64,000 nt of DNA. Source: Candidatus Latescibacterota bacterium. GTDB taxonomy: Bacteria; Latescibacterota; UBA2968. Shown piece after piece: positions 28,845-38,678 of this stretch. Position 1 is the first letter of the stretch; the number at the start of each line of letters is the position of its first letter. The DNA lies in NCBI GenBank assembly GCA_965207885.1, contig OZ242311.1, positions 288,001 to 352,000 of the forward strand, read 5' to 3'. The position numbers were made by a program, and so were the translations under genes. Under the pieces are notes generated by a model, which did not search any database, was not told the DNA's origin, and was given only the letters and a program-made list of their open reading frames with translations.

Positions 28845-30134
28845 CTAAGTATTATCAGGTACATCAAGCACGGCATCAAGCTGATCCATCACTTTGTGAA
28901 ACGCTTCGACGTAACAGGACATCAACTCGAAATCGTTGGGTGGATTGACATCGAAGATATAACAGTGAGAATCAATGAATTCAACAGTTCGAGGATAATC
29001 CTTTGTCTTATATTCAACCGTCGACTGATTACATCGCCACGGACAGCCCATCCCGTAACCGATCCGATTCTGGAAAATCTTTTGAGACGGCACGGGGAGC
29101 CGTTGCCACTGTCCGGTCGGCACCCCCTCAGCGCGTAGTGCCGCTTGCACCTTCTCACGCAAGGTTCGTGCGGGAATATCCAACCCCAACGCCTCTGGAT
29201 CGAAACCGATAACATAGTTGTAATACACCGGTTCACACGCTTCTGGCGTAACAGGCGTTTCAATGCCATCAATTTCATCCAGATGTTCGGTAAGATAGTG
29301 GCAATTCCTGATCCGCAGCGCGTTGTTCACATCAAGCCGTTTGAGCTGGCTACGGATGAACGCTTGACTGAACATATCCCCACGATACATCCACCCAAGC
29401 CCGTAAGCATTGTACTCCTGTTCCTCGCGTTCCCTACCCGGCACGACGATTTCCCCGAAATACTGCAATAACGCTGCGCGTTTGTAGATTTGCTCATCAT
29501 CCGTTGTGAACAAACCGCCTTGACACCCACTACTCAGCGTCTTTGAGGCTTGCGTGCTGTAACCCGCCGCATCGCCAAATGACCCACAAAGCTTGCCGTT
29601 ATAATATGCCCCATGTGCCTGAGCGACATCCTCAATAACTTTCAGGTCATGCTTCTTCGCAATCGCTAAAATCGGATCCATATCGGCGGGCATACCGTGG
29701 ATATGAACCGGCATAATCGCACGTGTTCGCTCCGTGATTTTCGCTTCGATGTCGTTTGGGTCAATACAGTAGGTTATTGGGTCAATGTCAACAAAGACGG
29801 GAATAGCGTTGTGATGGAGAACAGCTGCTGCCGTTGCCCAGAAAGTGAAGGCAGGGATAATGACCTCGTCACCCGGCTCAATGCCAACACCTGCGACACA
29901 CAGATGCAACGCAGCGGTTCCGCTGTTGACCGGGATGCAATACTGGACACCCATATATTCCGCCCATTCCTTCGCGAGACCTTCGGATTGGATCCGTTGC
30001 TGTTCCGTAATTTTTTCGGAGGCGATAACCTCGGCAATCGCGTCTTTGTCGGATGGGGTAACCTGTGGCCACGGCTGAATTAATCCATCAGGGACAGTCC
30101 CTTTACCACCATATATAGCGAGTTTTGCTGCCAT
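28845..30134 (-). CDS. DegT/DnrJ/EryC1/StrS PLP-dependent aminotransferase
   Basis: NSGTAALH, GDEVIIPAFTF, PVHIHG, IEDVAQAHGA, S.Q.SK; start MAAKLA after AGGAGG. Confidence 0.9.
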   Translation of the reverse strand: MAAKLAIYGGKGTVPDGLIQPWPQVTPSDKDAIAEVIASEKITEQQRIQSEGLAKEWAEYMGVQYCIPVNSGTAALHLCVAGVGIEPGDEVIIPAFTFWATAAAVLHHNAIPVFVDIDPITYCIDPNDIEAKITERTRAIMPVHIHGMPADMDPILAIAKKHDLKVIEDVAQAHGAYYNGKLCGSFGDAAGYSTQASKTLSSGCQGGLFTTDDEQIYKRAALLQYFGEIVVPGREREEQEYNAYGLGWMYRGDMFSQAFIRSQLKRLDVNNALRIRNCHYLTEHLDEIDGIETPVTPEACEPVYYNYVIGFDPEALGLDIPARTLREKVQAALRAEGVPTGQWQRLPVPSQKIFQNRIGYGMGCPWRCNQSTVEYKTKDYPRTVEFIDSHCYIFDVNPPNDFELMSCYVEAFHKVMDQLDAVLDVPDNT

Positions 30135-30400
30135 GAGCGACCTCCTTTGATGTGATATGGTAATCGCCGCAGGTAAGAAGTCTTCACCAACGTGGGATGA
30201 TGACCGCCTGTGTTGCGGGCATTTTAATATGTAAAAATGCAAAAAGGAGACACCCTCTGGTATCTCCCTTTTTTTATTTTGAAAAATAATCAGCCCAATA
30301 TGGTCAAATGATAGCTGGATTGCGGCTAAAATCATGCCGCAATGACACCCTTCATTCCATATTGCCAGGAATCATACTCTAAATTAACCGAATCCGGAAA

Positions 30401-31696
30401 TCACCCATGAGTCCCCTTAACACCAATCGGCCAGTTGTAGGAGTCCGTGCGCGCATCTTTCATAAAGTTCTCAATTTCGGCGATCACATCCGGATGATCT
30501 GCTGCGACATCGTTTTCCTCGCCAATATCCCTGTCCAGATCGTATAACTCAAGCGGTTCGTCGAGCAACCGGGGCGACGGATTGCGCACGGCCTTCCAAT
30601 TCTTCCAGCGCACAGCCTGTTTGAAGCCCCCGCCAAAGCGCTCCCAGTACAAAAAGCGCTCTCCAATATCCTGTGACTCGCCCAAAAGCGTCGGCAATAT
30701 GCTCACGCCATCCATATCATCTGGTGCATCCACACCGATCACGTCTGCAACCGTAGGCATAAAATCGGTATAATACCACACCTGATCGCTCACAGTACCT
30801 GCCGGAATGCGCGCCGGCCAATGCACAATCATAGGCGTGCGCAAACCACCTTCGTACATCGTCCCTTTTTGCCCGCGCAAATCACCACAACTGCCAAACG
30901 GTTCCCACCGGCGTGCGGCCCCATGGTCAGAACCAAAAAACAAAAGCGTATTGTCCTTTATCTCCAGTTCGCGCAATAAATCCGCAATTTGTCCAACCTG
31001 CGTATCAATTTTTGTAATCATCGCCGCATAAACTTTCTCATCATCCGTCCAGGGTTTATCGTCCCAGGCACTCGCATCGGGAATTTCATATCTCCCGTGC
31101 GGCAATGTCCACGGCAAGTACAAAAAAAACGGACCATCGCTATTGTTGCGAATAAAGTCACAGGCAAAGTCAAAAATCATATCGTGAGAATAGTCGTTTT
31201 CCTGGCCATCCAGATTGCCTTTGAGAATAACCTTCTCTTCGTTGTGCCACAAATAAGGCGGATAATACGAATGCGCATTGCGCTGATTGAGATAGCCAAA
31301 CCATTCATCAAATCCCTTGCGGGTGGGAATACCCGTCGTATCGGGCTCACCCAACCCCCATTTGCCGGTTATCCCAGTGGTATATCCCGCCTCCTTGAGC
31401 ATCTCGGCAACCGTAAAATCCTCCGGCTCGAGCGGCACCCGTTTCTGATCACCCACACCGCCCACAATGCCCATATTGTCGCGCACCCTCGTGTGCCCAC
31501 TGTGCAAACCCGTCATCAAAACCGAGCGAGATGGCGCGCAGATAGAAGACCCGGTATAACACTGCGTGAACCGCATGGATTCCGACGCAAGCTGATCCAA
31601 TCGGGGTGTGGGAATAACCTTTTGCCCATAACAACCCAGATCGCCATAGCCAATATCATCGCAGAGGATGAAGATAATGTTGGGCAATGACATCAT
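30401..31696 (-). CDS. Arylsulfatase (Cys-type)
   Basis: PNIIFILCDDIGYGD, CAPSRSVLMTG, GKWGLG. Confidence 0.92.
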   Translation of the reverse strand: MMSLPNIIFILCDDIGYGDLGCYGQKVIPTPRLDQLASESMRFTQCYTGSSICAPSRSVLMTGLHSGHTRVRDNMGIVGGVGDQKRVPLEPEDFTVAEMLKEAGYTTGITGKWGLGEPDTTGIPTRKGFDEWFGYLNQRNAHSYYPPYLWHNEEKVILKGNLDGQENDYSHDMIFDFACDFIRNNSDGPFFLYLPWTLPHGRYEIPDASAWDDKPWTDDEKVYAAMITKIDTQVGQIADLLRELEIKDNTLLFFGSDHGAARRWEPFGSCGDLRGQKGTMYEGGLRTPMIVHWPARIPAGTVSDQVWYYTDFMPTVADVIGVDAPDDMDGVSILPTLLGESQDIGERFLYWERFGGGFKQAVRWKNWKAVRNPSPRLLDEPLELYDLDRDIGEENDVAADHPDVIAEIENFMKDARTDSYNWPIGVKGTHG

Positions 31697-31714
31697 GTGA
31701 TATTTCCCGATGAC

Positions 31715-33625
31715 TTACTCTTTCACCAACGCCAATTTTTGAGCGTAAACAGCCCGATCCTTTAACAGGCGAACAGCCTCCTGAAACTGCTTGTCCCCCT
31801 TCAGCGCCGCTAAAATTTTGCCATTCGTGCCCCACACGCGATTGGCCAATGCCCGTTCAATCTCCAGCCGGATATACGGCCTGGCCTTGTCATAATCGGC
31901 TTCGCGCTCGCGCTCTGCAGCCTGTGACAATTGATTGAGTGAAGTTATAGTATCGTCTGTAAATACATCGTTCTCTATCAGTGCTTCTTTGATCTCCTGT
32001 ACCTTAATCTCCGTATCCGTTTGATATGAAAAACCACCGGAATTAGTTGAATCTGCCATAAAAGTCCAGAATTGATCGACAATATCTTCAGGCAATGTGT
32101 AGTCTTCAAATCGACTGGAGAACGCTTGCGTCGTTGCAAAATCAACTGCAAAATCAAAAATCAGGCCTGCGCGCAATAACGCCAGCACCAGCCGCGGCCT
32201 GCGCTCTTGTTGCACCACCACATCGGGTTTAATCCCACCGCCACCATAAACCTTGCGCTTAGTCACGCGCGTTGTAAATACCTTTTCAGGGTCGATATCT
32301 TCGGGTCCGTTATGCGCGCTGGAAGCCAGACCTAACAACCCTTCCAATCGCATTCCAAGGACCTCTTCTGCCAGGTGATTTTCCAGACCAAATCTTTCCT
32401 CGAGTTCTGTAATAACATCGTCTCGCCGTTCAGCCTGACCTATAATGCCAAAGAGTTCATAGGCCGAGACCTTGGTTGAATTTCCCACTGTAATCTCAAT
32501 GGGACCGCCGCGATATCGGCGTTTTTCAGCATTGTGAATGCTGCGCCCGCTCGGCGTATAATAGGCTGCTGTCGTCAACTTCAAAGCTTTATCGCCATCA
32601 CGACCCAATGGACGCACGGTTTGTACAGAGCCTTTCCCAAATGTTTGCGTGCCCACAATCAAACCCCGATCCCAATCCTGAACTGCCCCTGCGACAATTT
32701 CTGATGCACTGGCACTGCGCTCGTCAACCAGGATCACAAGTGGAATATCGGCGGGTAATATGGGGTCGGACCGCGTTTTGTGACTGCGACTCTGTTCTGC
32801 AAGGCGACCTCTGGTTGACACCACCAGATGATTGGATGGCAAAAACTTATCGACCACATCAACCGCTGCGTTGAGCAAACCGCCCGGATTGCCGCGCAGG
32901 TCCAGGATAATCCCCGTAGCACCATTATTGAGCGATTTGATCAGTGCCCGTTGCAACTCCCTACCCGTGCGTTCAGTAAATCGAGAAGAACTGAGCCAGG
33001 ACATGGAAATATACCCGATATCGGGATCGACTTCGCCCGGAATTTGGACACTTGAAATGTCAATGCGCGCCCGAATAATTGGCTGATCAAATGGTTTCTC
33101 CAGGCCTGGTCGTTCAATCTTAATCGTCACGCCAGCACCTGGATCACCTCGCAAGGTACCGACAATTTCGCGCAGATCCTTGTCAAAAGTCGGATCTCCG
33201 TCAATGGCGATGATGCGATCTCCTACAACGAGCTTCGAGGTGTCCGCAGGCGTGCCTTCAATAACATTCATCACAACTGGAGGGCCTTCTTCCTTCCCCC
33301 GCTTGCTGATCATAATCCCCAGCCCACCAAATTTGCCCTGCGTTTCAATCTGGAGTTGTTTGAGGTCTCTGCTATCAAAAAAGGTGGTATAGGGATCCAG
33401 ATCCCACAACATGCCGGAAATGGCAGCCTTGCTCAAATCTTCTGCCTTTAGCTCATCGACATACTCGTTGAAGAGCAACTGGTAGGCTTCGTTAATCGCC
33501 TCAAAGCCGCGCCCCAATTGTTCATAAGTATCTTCGCCGGTCACCAACCGGGAATCAAGCACAAGATAAACACACAAAACACCAATTAAAGTTGTAAAAA
33601 TGGCGAATCTTCTTCGGACAAACAT
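31715..33625 (-). CDS. S41 carboxyl-terminal processing protease (PDZ + S41)
   Basis: LDPY, FGGLG PDZ, LDLRGNPGGLL, SASASEIVAGA, TFGKGSVQ, YYTPSGR; start MFVRRR after GGAGG. Confidence 0.92.
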   Translation of the reverse strand: MFVRRRFAIFTTLIGVLCVYLVLDSRLVTGEDTYEQLGRGFEAINEAYQLLFNEYVDELKAEDLSKAAISGMLWDLDPYTTFFDSRDLKQLQIETQGKFGGLGIMISKRGKEEGPPVVMNVIEGTPADTSKLVVGDRIIAIDGDPTFDKDLREIVGTLRGDPGAGVTIKIERPGLEKPFDQPIIRARIDISSVQIPGEVDPDIGYISMSWLSSSRFTERTGRELQRALIKSLNNGATGIILDLRGNPGGLLNAAVDVVDKFLPSNHLVVSTRGRLAEQSRSHKTRSDPILPADIPLVILVDERSASASEIVAGAVQDWDRGLIVGTQTFGKGSVQTVRPLGRDGDKALKLTTAAYYTPSGRSIHNAEKRRYRGGPIEITVGNSTKVSAYELFGIIGQAERRDDVITELEERFGLENHLAEEVLGMRLEGLLGLASSAHNGPEDIDPEKVFTTRVTKRKVYGGGGIKPDVVVQQERRPRLVLALLRAGLIFDFAVDFATTQAFSSRFEDYTLPEDIVDQFWTFMADSTNSGGFSYQTDTEIKVQEIKEALIENDVFTDDTITSLNQLSQAAEREREADYDKARPYIRLEIERALANRVWGTNGKILAALKGDKQFQEAVRLLKDRAVYAQKLALVKE

Positions 33626-33705
33626 GGGGCGCCTCCAGGCGGTGTACAACTGCATCAGCAGTTCTTTTTGGATAAACGGCAAATTCACATGAAATCATAT
33701 CGCGA

Positions 33706-34335
33706 TTATTTCGTCCCCGACATTCGATCGACAACCACCTTTTTAACATCATCAAACACATCGCTTATGGGCTGAGAGCCATCAACTTTAAAAATGCGAT
33801 CGGGTTCCGATTTATATCCCGCGGCAAAACCCTGTCGAACCCTTTGAAAAAATGCTTCATCTTCCTTCTCAATGCGATCTGCCCCGATTCCCCAACCGCG
33901 TTTTCGCGCAGTCTGTAAATCGACATCTAACCAGATCGTGATAGCTGGCATCAAACCCCCCGTGGCCACATTTTGAATCATTCTCAGGTCATTGAGATTC
34001 AAACCGCGACCATAGCCCTGATAAGCCAGTGTAGAATCGACATACCGATCCGAAATCACCACTTTGTCTGCATCCAGCGATGGTCGAATCACTTCGTTGA
34101 CATGCTGTGCGCGATCTGCTGCAAATAAAAACATCTCGGCAGTTGCATCAATCTCGCCTTGTGGTTTCCAGTCGAGTACCAGGTGGCGAATCTCTCCACC
34201 AAGTTGTGTGCTGCCCGGCTCATAAGTAAACACAACTTCGTGATCGCTACTCCGCAGATGATCAACCAGCAATCTGGCCAGGGTACTCGTCCCGCTTTTA
34301 TCAATGCCTTCAAATGAAATAAAAAAACCAGACAT
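33706..34335 (-). CDS. tmk: Thymidylate kinase
   Basis: FISFEG, EPG, LFAADRAQH, SDRY.DST.AYQG, DRIE; P-loop Lys is Thr. Confidence 0.9.
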   Translation of the reverse strand: MSGFFISFEGIDKSGTSTLARLLVDHLRSSDHEVVFTYEPGSTQLGGEIRHLVLDWKPQGEIDATAEMFLFAADRAQHVNEVIRPSLDADKVVISDRYVDSTLAYQGYGRGLNLNDLRMIQNVATGGLMPAITIWLDVDLQTARKRGWGIGADRIEKEDEAFFQRVRQGFAAGYKSEPDRIFKVDGSQPISDVFDDVKKVVVDRMSGTK

Positions 34336-34418
34336 TTGTTCCCAGTTTTTCTACAAAGAAAAAAAGAACCCGGCGATATGCCCCCGGGTTTTATCATCCA
34401 GCATTGGACAATCGGTCC

Positions 34419-35033
34419 CTATGATTTTGTCAGCTTTCGAAAGTGAATTACCCGCTCCATCGCAGTAAAATTTCCCAACAGAGCAATTGCCCAGACCACA
34501 ACGATCAGACCAATATCCCCAATCAAAGGAACGATCACCCCGCCAGCGCCAATGGCAATAACGCGTTCGGGCCGCTGCATAAATCCAACCTTGCACTCTG
34601 CCCCAAGCCCCTCAATGCGCGCGCGCACATAACTCACCATCAAAGATCCTGCCAGTGCAAAAAAGACCGCCGCGCTTGTCCAGAGATCATCCGCCCGTAT
34701 AAAACTGATCGCAATGCCAAACCAGATGAAAATTTCGGAATATCGGTCAACAGTGGAATCGAGAAGCGCACCAAATTTGGACTCTGTCTTGCCCTTGCGC
34801 GCCACCTGCCCGTCGAGAAAATCAAAAACACCCGCGACAAGCACCGTCAACCCCGCCCACATATACAATAATGGTGCCGAAGTAGGCGAGGCAAAGCCGA
34901 AGAGCACTGCGGCACCTATATTGAAAACAAACCCGATCATGGTCAACAAATCGGGCGTAAAGCGCTTTTCTACGAGAAATTCTGTAGATGGTCCCAAAAT
35001 CTCGGCGACATCATCTTTAACTTTTTCAATCAC
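34419..35033 (-). CDS. CDP-alcohol phosphatidyltransferase
   Basis: D..DG.VAR......FGA.LD...DR signature; start uncertain (GTG 35033). Confidence 0.88.
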   Translation of the reverse strand: MIEKVKDDVAEILGPSTEFLVEKRFTPDLLTMIGFVFNIGAAVLFGFASPTSAPLLYMWAGLTVLVAGVFDFLDGQVARKGKTESKFGALLDSTVDRYSEIFIWFGIAISFIRADDLWTSAAVFFALAGSLMVSYVRARIEGLGAECKVGFMQRPERVIAIGAGGVIVPLIGDIGLIVVVWAIALLGNFTAMERVIHFRKLTKS

Positions 35034-35176
35034 TGTAAACCCACAGAGAGTGAAGTTTTTGGTTGAATTTTCTAATGTTAGAACAAATCCAAATATAGGC
35101 CAATTCTGTAGGTGTTGCAAGCGAAATATCCCTTCAAAACAGGTGAAAAAACAGCCTGAACAGCCTGCATTTCAGT

Positions 35177-35303
35177 GGTGGAAAACCCGAGAGATAATGT
35201 GGAAAAGTATGTGGATAACTTTGGGCAAGTCGCATAAATTTAGTACTTTTATTCAATAAAATCAACTACTTAAATTGTTGATAATATTATCCACTTTTCC
35301 ACA
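35177..35303. promoter_or_regulatory. Extra-oriC DnaA-box cluster with IHF-like site
   Basis: TGTGGAAAA 35198, TGTGGATAA 35210, TGTTGATAA 35276, TTATCCACT 35287, TTTTCCACA 35295; AATCAA-CTAC-TTA 35260-72. Confidence 0.7.
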
Positions 35304-35346
35304 TTCAATGCGACACCCCTTTGAGTGTCCATATCTTCTCATCTAT

Positions 35347-36036
35347 CTATCGAAACACATCTATGCGCTTGATCACCACGGGTTTTAGAGGTCGATCCCC
35401 CGGCGCAGTTTCGACCATTGCAATATTGTTAACCACATCCATTCCCTTTGTCACTTCTCCAAAAGCAGTATATTGATTGTCCAAATTGGGCGAAGACCCA
35501 TGCATAATAAAAAATTGTGACCCGGCACCAGCCGACACATCCGAAACGCGAGCCATGGAAAGAATTCCCGGTACATGGTTTGTATCATTAAATTCATGAG
35601 GGATATGCACGAGCGGTCCCCCCATCCCATCATCAGACGGATCATCGTCCTTTGAATTGGGATCGCCCCCTTGAATCATGAAATTTCTAATTACGCGATG
35701 AAACTTGGTATTATCGTAAAACCCGCTTTCTGCTCTGGTGATAAAAGCCAAACAATGAACAGGTGCTTTTTCGGGATGGAACTTCAATTCGATATCGCCC
35801 ATATTTGTCGCGATACGCGCCGTCACACCCCGAATCTGATTTACCAGAAATAGCATTCGGCCGCCGATCTCACCGGCTCGCTTAATCTGGTTTTGCGCCT
35901 TGCTCAAGGAGCTTTTCAACGACCGATTCTCATTGTTCAACTTCTCATTGGCTTGTTTTAAATCTTCCATTCCGCTACCTCCACAGCTCGCTATCGAGAG
36001 ACATAATCCCAAAAAAACAAATCGTTTCATAGACAT
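35347..36036 (-). CDS. Cyclophilin-type peptidyl-prolyl isomerase, lipoprotein with coiled coil
   Basis: Lipobox IASC, FHRVIRNFMIQGGDP, SMAR, AGSQFFI. Confidence 0.92.
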   Translation of the reverse strand: MSMKRFVFLGLCLSIASCGGSGMEDLKQANEKLNNENRSLKSSLSKAQNQIKRAGEIGGRMLFLVNQIRGVTARIATNMGDIELKFHPEKAPVHCLAFITRAESGFYDNTKFHRVIRNFMIQGGDPNSKDDDPSDDGMGGPLVHIPHEFNDTNHVPGILSMARVSDVSAGAGSQFFIMHGSSPNLDNQYTAFGEVTKGMDVVNNIAMVETAPGDRPLKPVVIKRIDVFR

Positions 36037-36222
36037 TTCTCCTTACAAAAATAATACCCCCCAAATCTCCCTTGACAGTGGTTCTTCTCCACGCTTTATT
36101 GTTCGCGCTATGATGATACAGGCGCAACACAACGCCGGTCAATCTCATTGCGCCTATCGCGGGGCTGAAACACCGCCGCGCAGAACAACATAAACCTCCA
36201 CATTCCCAAGGACAATATCATT

Positions 36223-37083
36223 ATGCGACTCGTTACATTTACACACCGGGGACAGTGTCGGCTCGGTGCCCGATCAGGCGATTCAATCATTGACCTCAGT
36301 GCTGCCGATCCCTCAATTCCATCCACCATGAAAGAATTTCTCGAAGCGGGCGATAATGCCATTTCCAAGGCTCAAGCAGCGATTGATAGAGGAACGCATG
36401 CTATTTCAGCAAACGATGTCACCATTCAGGCGCCCATCGACAATCCAGAAAAAATCATTTGCATAGGTCTCAACTACGCCGATCATGCCGCCGAGAGCAG
36501 TATGCCCATTCCCGACGAACCCATTGTCTTTTCTAAATATGCATCATCCATCATCGGCCCCGATGAGAATATCGTGGCTCCCAGCGCGAGTTCCCAGGTT
36601 GACTACGAAGTCGAGCTTGTCGTCGTTATTGGCAAACGCGGTCGCAACATCTCGGAAGAAAATGCCCTCGACCACGTTGCAGGCTACATGGTTGGACACG
36701 ACGTGAGTGCTCGTGATTACCAACTCGAAAAGCCAGGTGCACAATGGATGATGGGCAAGACCTTTGACACATTTGCTCCAATAGGACCTGACCTGGTCAC
36801 AACCGCCGATGTGCCCGATCCTCATAACCTGGGCATTCGTTGCATTCTCAATGGCGAAACAGTACAGGATTCCAATACTTCTCAACTGATTTTCGGCGTA
36901 CCCAAACTCATTGCTTATCTCGCACATGTATTCACGCTTACCCCCGGAGATTTGATTTTTACCGGCACACCACACGGTGTGGGTATGGGACGTGAGCCAC
37001 AACTCTGGCTCAAACACGGCGATCATGTGATATGTGAAATTGATGGGTTAGGACGGCTCGAAAATCCAGTTGTTTCAGATTGA
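36223..37083 (+). CDS. Fumarylacetoacetate hydrolase family protein
   Basis: KIICIGLNY.DH, DYEVEL, DVSARD, GKTFD, GDLIFTGTP. Confidence 0.92.
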   Translation: MRLVTFTHRGQCRLGARSGDSIIDLSAADPSIPSTMKEFLEAGDNAISKAQAAIDRGTHAISANDVTIQAPIDNPEKIICIGLNYADHAAESSMPIPDEPIVFSKYASSIIGPDENIVAPSASSQVDYEVELVVVIGKRGRNISEENALDHVAGYMVGHDVSARDYQLEKPGAQWMMGKTFDTFAPIGPDLVTTADVPDPHNLGIRCILNGETVQDSNTSQLIFGVPKLIAYLAHVFTLTPGDLIFTGTPHGVGMGREPQLWLKHGDHVICEIDGLGRLENPVVSD

Positions 37084-37139
37084 GATCTCCCAAAGTCAAT
37101 GGGAGGACTCTTGGAGGGACTTGGCGTCTGGGAGGAATA

Positions 37140-37490
37140 TTAAACGGAAGGCAAACGGCTCCGCAATTCTGCCAATTCGCGTTCGAGATGATCCAATCTG
37201 AGTGAAACTTCACGCTCGTGCAAGAACCGATCAGCGGTACCCATACTATCGTGTATGATCGAAAGCCTGCGCTTGAGCTGTTCGCAGATGTGGCCGACTT
37301 CAGATATATCGGCCTCGACCTGAGTCTGGCGTGTGCTTATTTTGCGAATCTCATCCTGTACATTCTGAATATCAGATCGAATATCGACAAACTGCTTGAC
37401 GACCATTTGAGCGAATTTTTCTTGCGAAGACTCAATAGCATCGCGAACGGCTTCTCGAATAAGGTCGAGTTCGCCACCATCAAGGGCCAT
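37140..37490 (-). CDS. Hypothetical coiled-coil protein
   Basis: 116-aa heptad-rich ORF with AGGA RBS. Confidence 0.7.
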   Translation of the reverse strand: MALDGGELDLIREAVRDAIESSQEKFAQMVVKQFVDIRSDIQNVQDEIRKISTRQTQVEADISEVGHICEQLKRRLSIIHDSMGTADRFLHEREVSLRLDHLERELAELRSRLPSV

Positions 37491-37542
37491 GGGCGAATTC
37501 CTGAAAAAGGCAGACGGAGTCCGAAAAATAGCAATACTTAAA

Positions 37543-37781
37543 CGAAAAAAAGGAGGAGAAGGTGGGGAAATGGGGAGGATAAGCCTGACGATCTGGGGAG
37601 AAAGGGGAATCAGAGCAAGATCGGTTTACCCTCCCCACCCAATAAAGAGAGACTTGAATCCAGGAGAAATAGAATGTAACTGAATCTCGTTTCTCTTTAT
37701 TTTTCAGGACGTTAAGTTCTTAATACACACAAACAAGTGTGTATGTATTGCGTTCTGTGTGGGGAGTTCCAGAATGCAATT
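37543..37781 (-). ncRNA. Candidate ~235-nt multi-hairpin sRNA or long leader
   Basis: Minus promoter TTGACA-17-TATATT (37815-37787); successive stems (AATAAAGAGA/TCTCTTTATT; TGGGGAGG.TAA.CC/GG.TTA.CCTCCCCA); 3' U-run. Confidence 0.5.
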
Positions 37782-37933
37782 GCCTAAATATACACTCTCA
37801 AGTTTGTGTTGTCAAGAGTAAATATATTCATTTAACCTATCTGTTTCTCAAGGATTTAGCTTGCCACACGGCACTTTTCAATTCATATTAGGGCATCAAA
37901 TATTTGAACGCGACTGACCATTGGGAGAGGTGT

Positions 37934-38437
37934 ATGAGGTTTGGTGAAATAATTAAACGCGCTCGTAATGGGCGATTTAGCCAGCAGGCTTTGGGTGAAA
38001 CTATTGGGGTGTGGGGCACTTATATCTATCAAATAGAAAAAGGCGAACGCATACCATCCGACGACGTGTGTACGTATCTTGCAAAAGCACTCGATCTCGA
38101 TCCTCAAAGGCTTCTTTTTTTAGCATATAAAGAACGCGCACAAAAAACGCCCGAAGGCCGCAGACTTTTTTCTCAGATGGAAAAGCTGATGACAGATCCT
38201 GTCATCAGCCAGGTAATTGTCAACCCTAAAATGCTCGATGCAGGCATTGTCAAAGCACTTCAGAGTCCCGATATTCGCAAGGTGCTCAAGAACAAGCAAT
38301 GGTGCGAAGCCCTGAGCGCGAGTGCTGCAACCACAGACCGGGATATTCCCGAACTCATTAAGATCATCACCCGGATCCCCGTCCAACAATGGCAGGTATT
38401 GCTCAGTACAGCAAAAGCTTTTGCTGATATAAAATAA
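37934..38437 (+). CDS. XRE-family HTH transcriptional regulator
   Basis: MRFGEIIKRAR...SQQALG..IGV..TYIYQIEKGERIPS. Confidence 0.85.
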   Translation: MRFGEIIKRARNGRFSQQALGETIGVWGTYIYQIEKGERIPSDDVCTYLAKALDLDPQRLLFLAYKERAQKTPEGRRLFSQMEKLMTDPVISQVIVNPKMLDAGIVKALQSPDIRKVLKNKQWCEALSASAATTDRDIPELIKIITRIPVQQWQVLLSTAKAFADIK

Positions 38438-38493
38438 ATAAAGAGGGTTGGGGACTGGGGCGGTGCGCTCCCCCTGTGTAACACCTTAAAATG

Positions 38494-38530
38494 AAAAAAA
38501 GCCCGTTTCTCGCGTAGAGAAGCGGGCTTT
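38494..38530. terminator. Bidirectional intrinsic terminator
   Basis: A7-GCCCGTTTCTC-GCGTA-GAGAAGCGGGC-TTT. Confidence 0.75.
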
Positions 38531-38585
38531 CTCTCTGGTTATATGATAAATAATTCGTTAATATAATCTTCTATTTACTAACTTA

Positions 38586-38601
38586 TGTTTCACGTGGAAC
38601 G
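38586..38601. promoter_or_regulatory. parS centromere-like site
   Basis: TGTTTCACGTGGAACG, matching the TGTTNCACGTGAAACA consensus, near oriC. Confidence 0.85.
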
Positions 38602-38678
38602 ATGTATGAAGGCGAGTGAGCGGTGTACAACTCCGCCAGCAGTTCAATCGCGCATGACTGGTCGTATCCCAGAGCAGT

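Noticed and set aside
27100-30300. Possible foreign island (sulfatase-like gene + DegT) by codon style
   Set aside because: Impression only; no boundaries or mobility genes, and codon usage could not be computed.
36068-36078. Match of the predicted omega-RNA guide (TCCCTTGACAG) to another promoter
   Set aside because: Only 11 nt, largely the -35 hexamer, and no adjacent TTCAC TAM.
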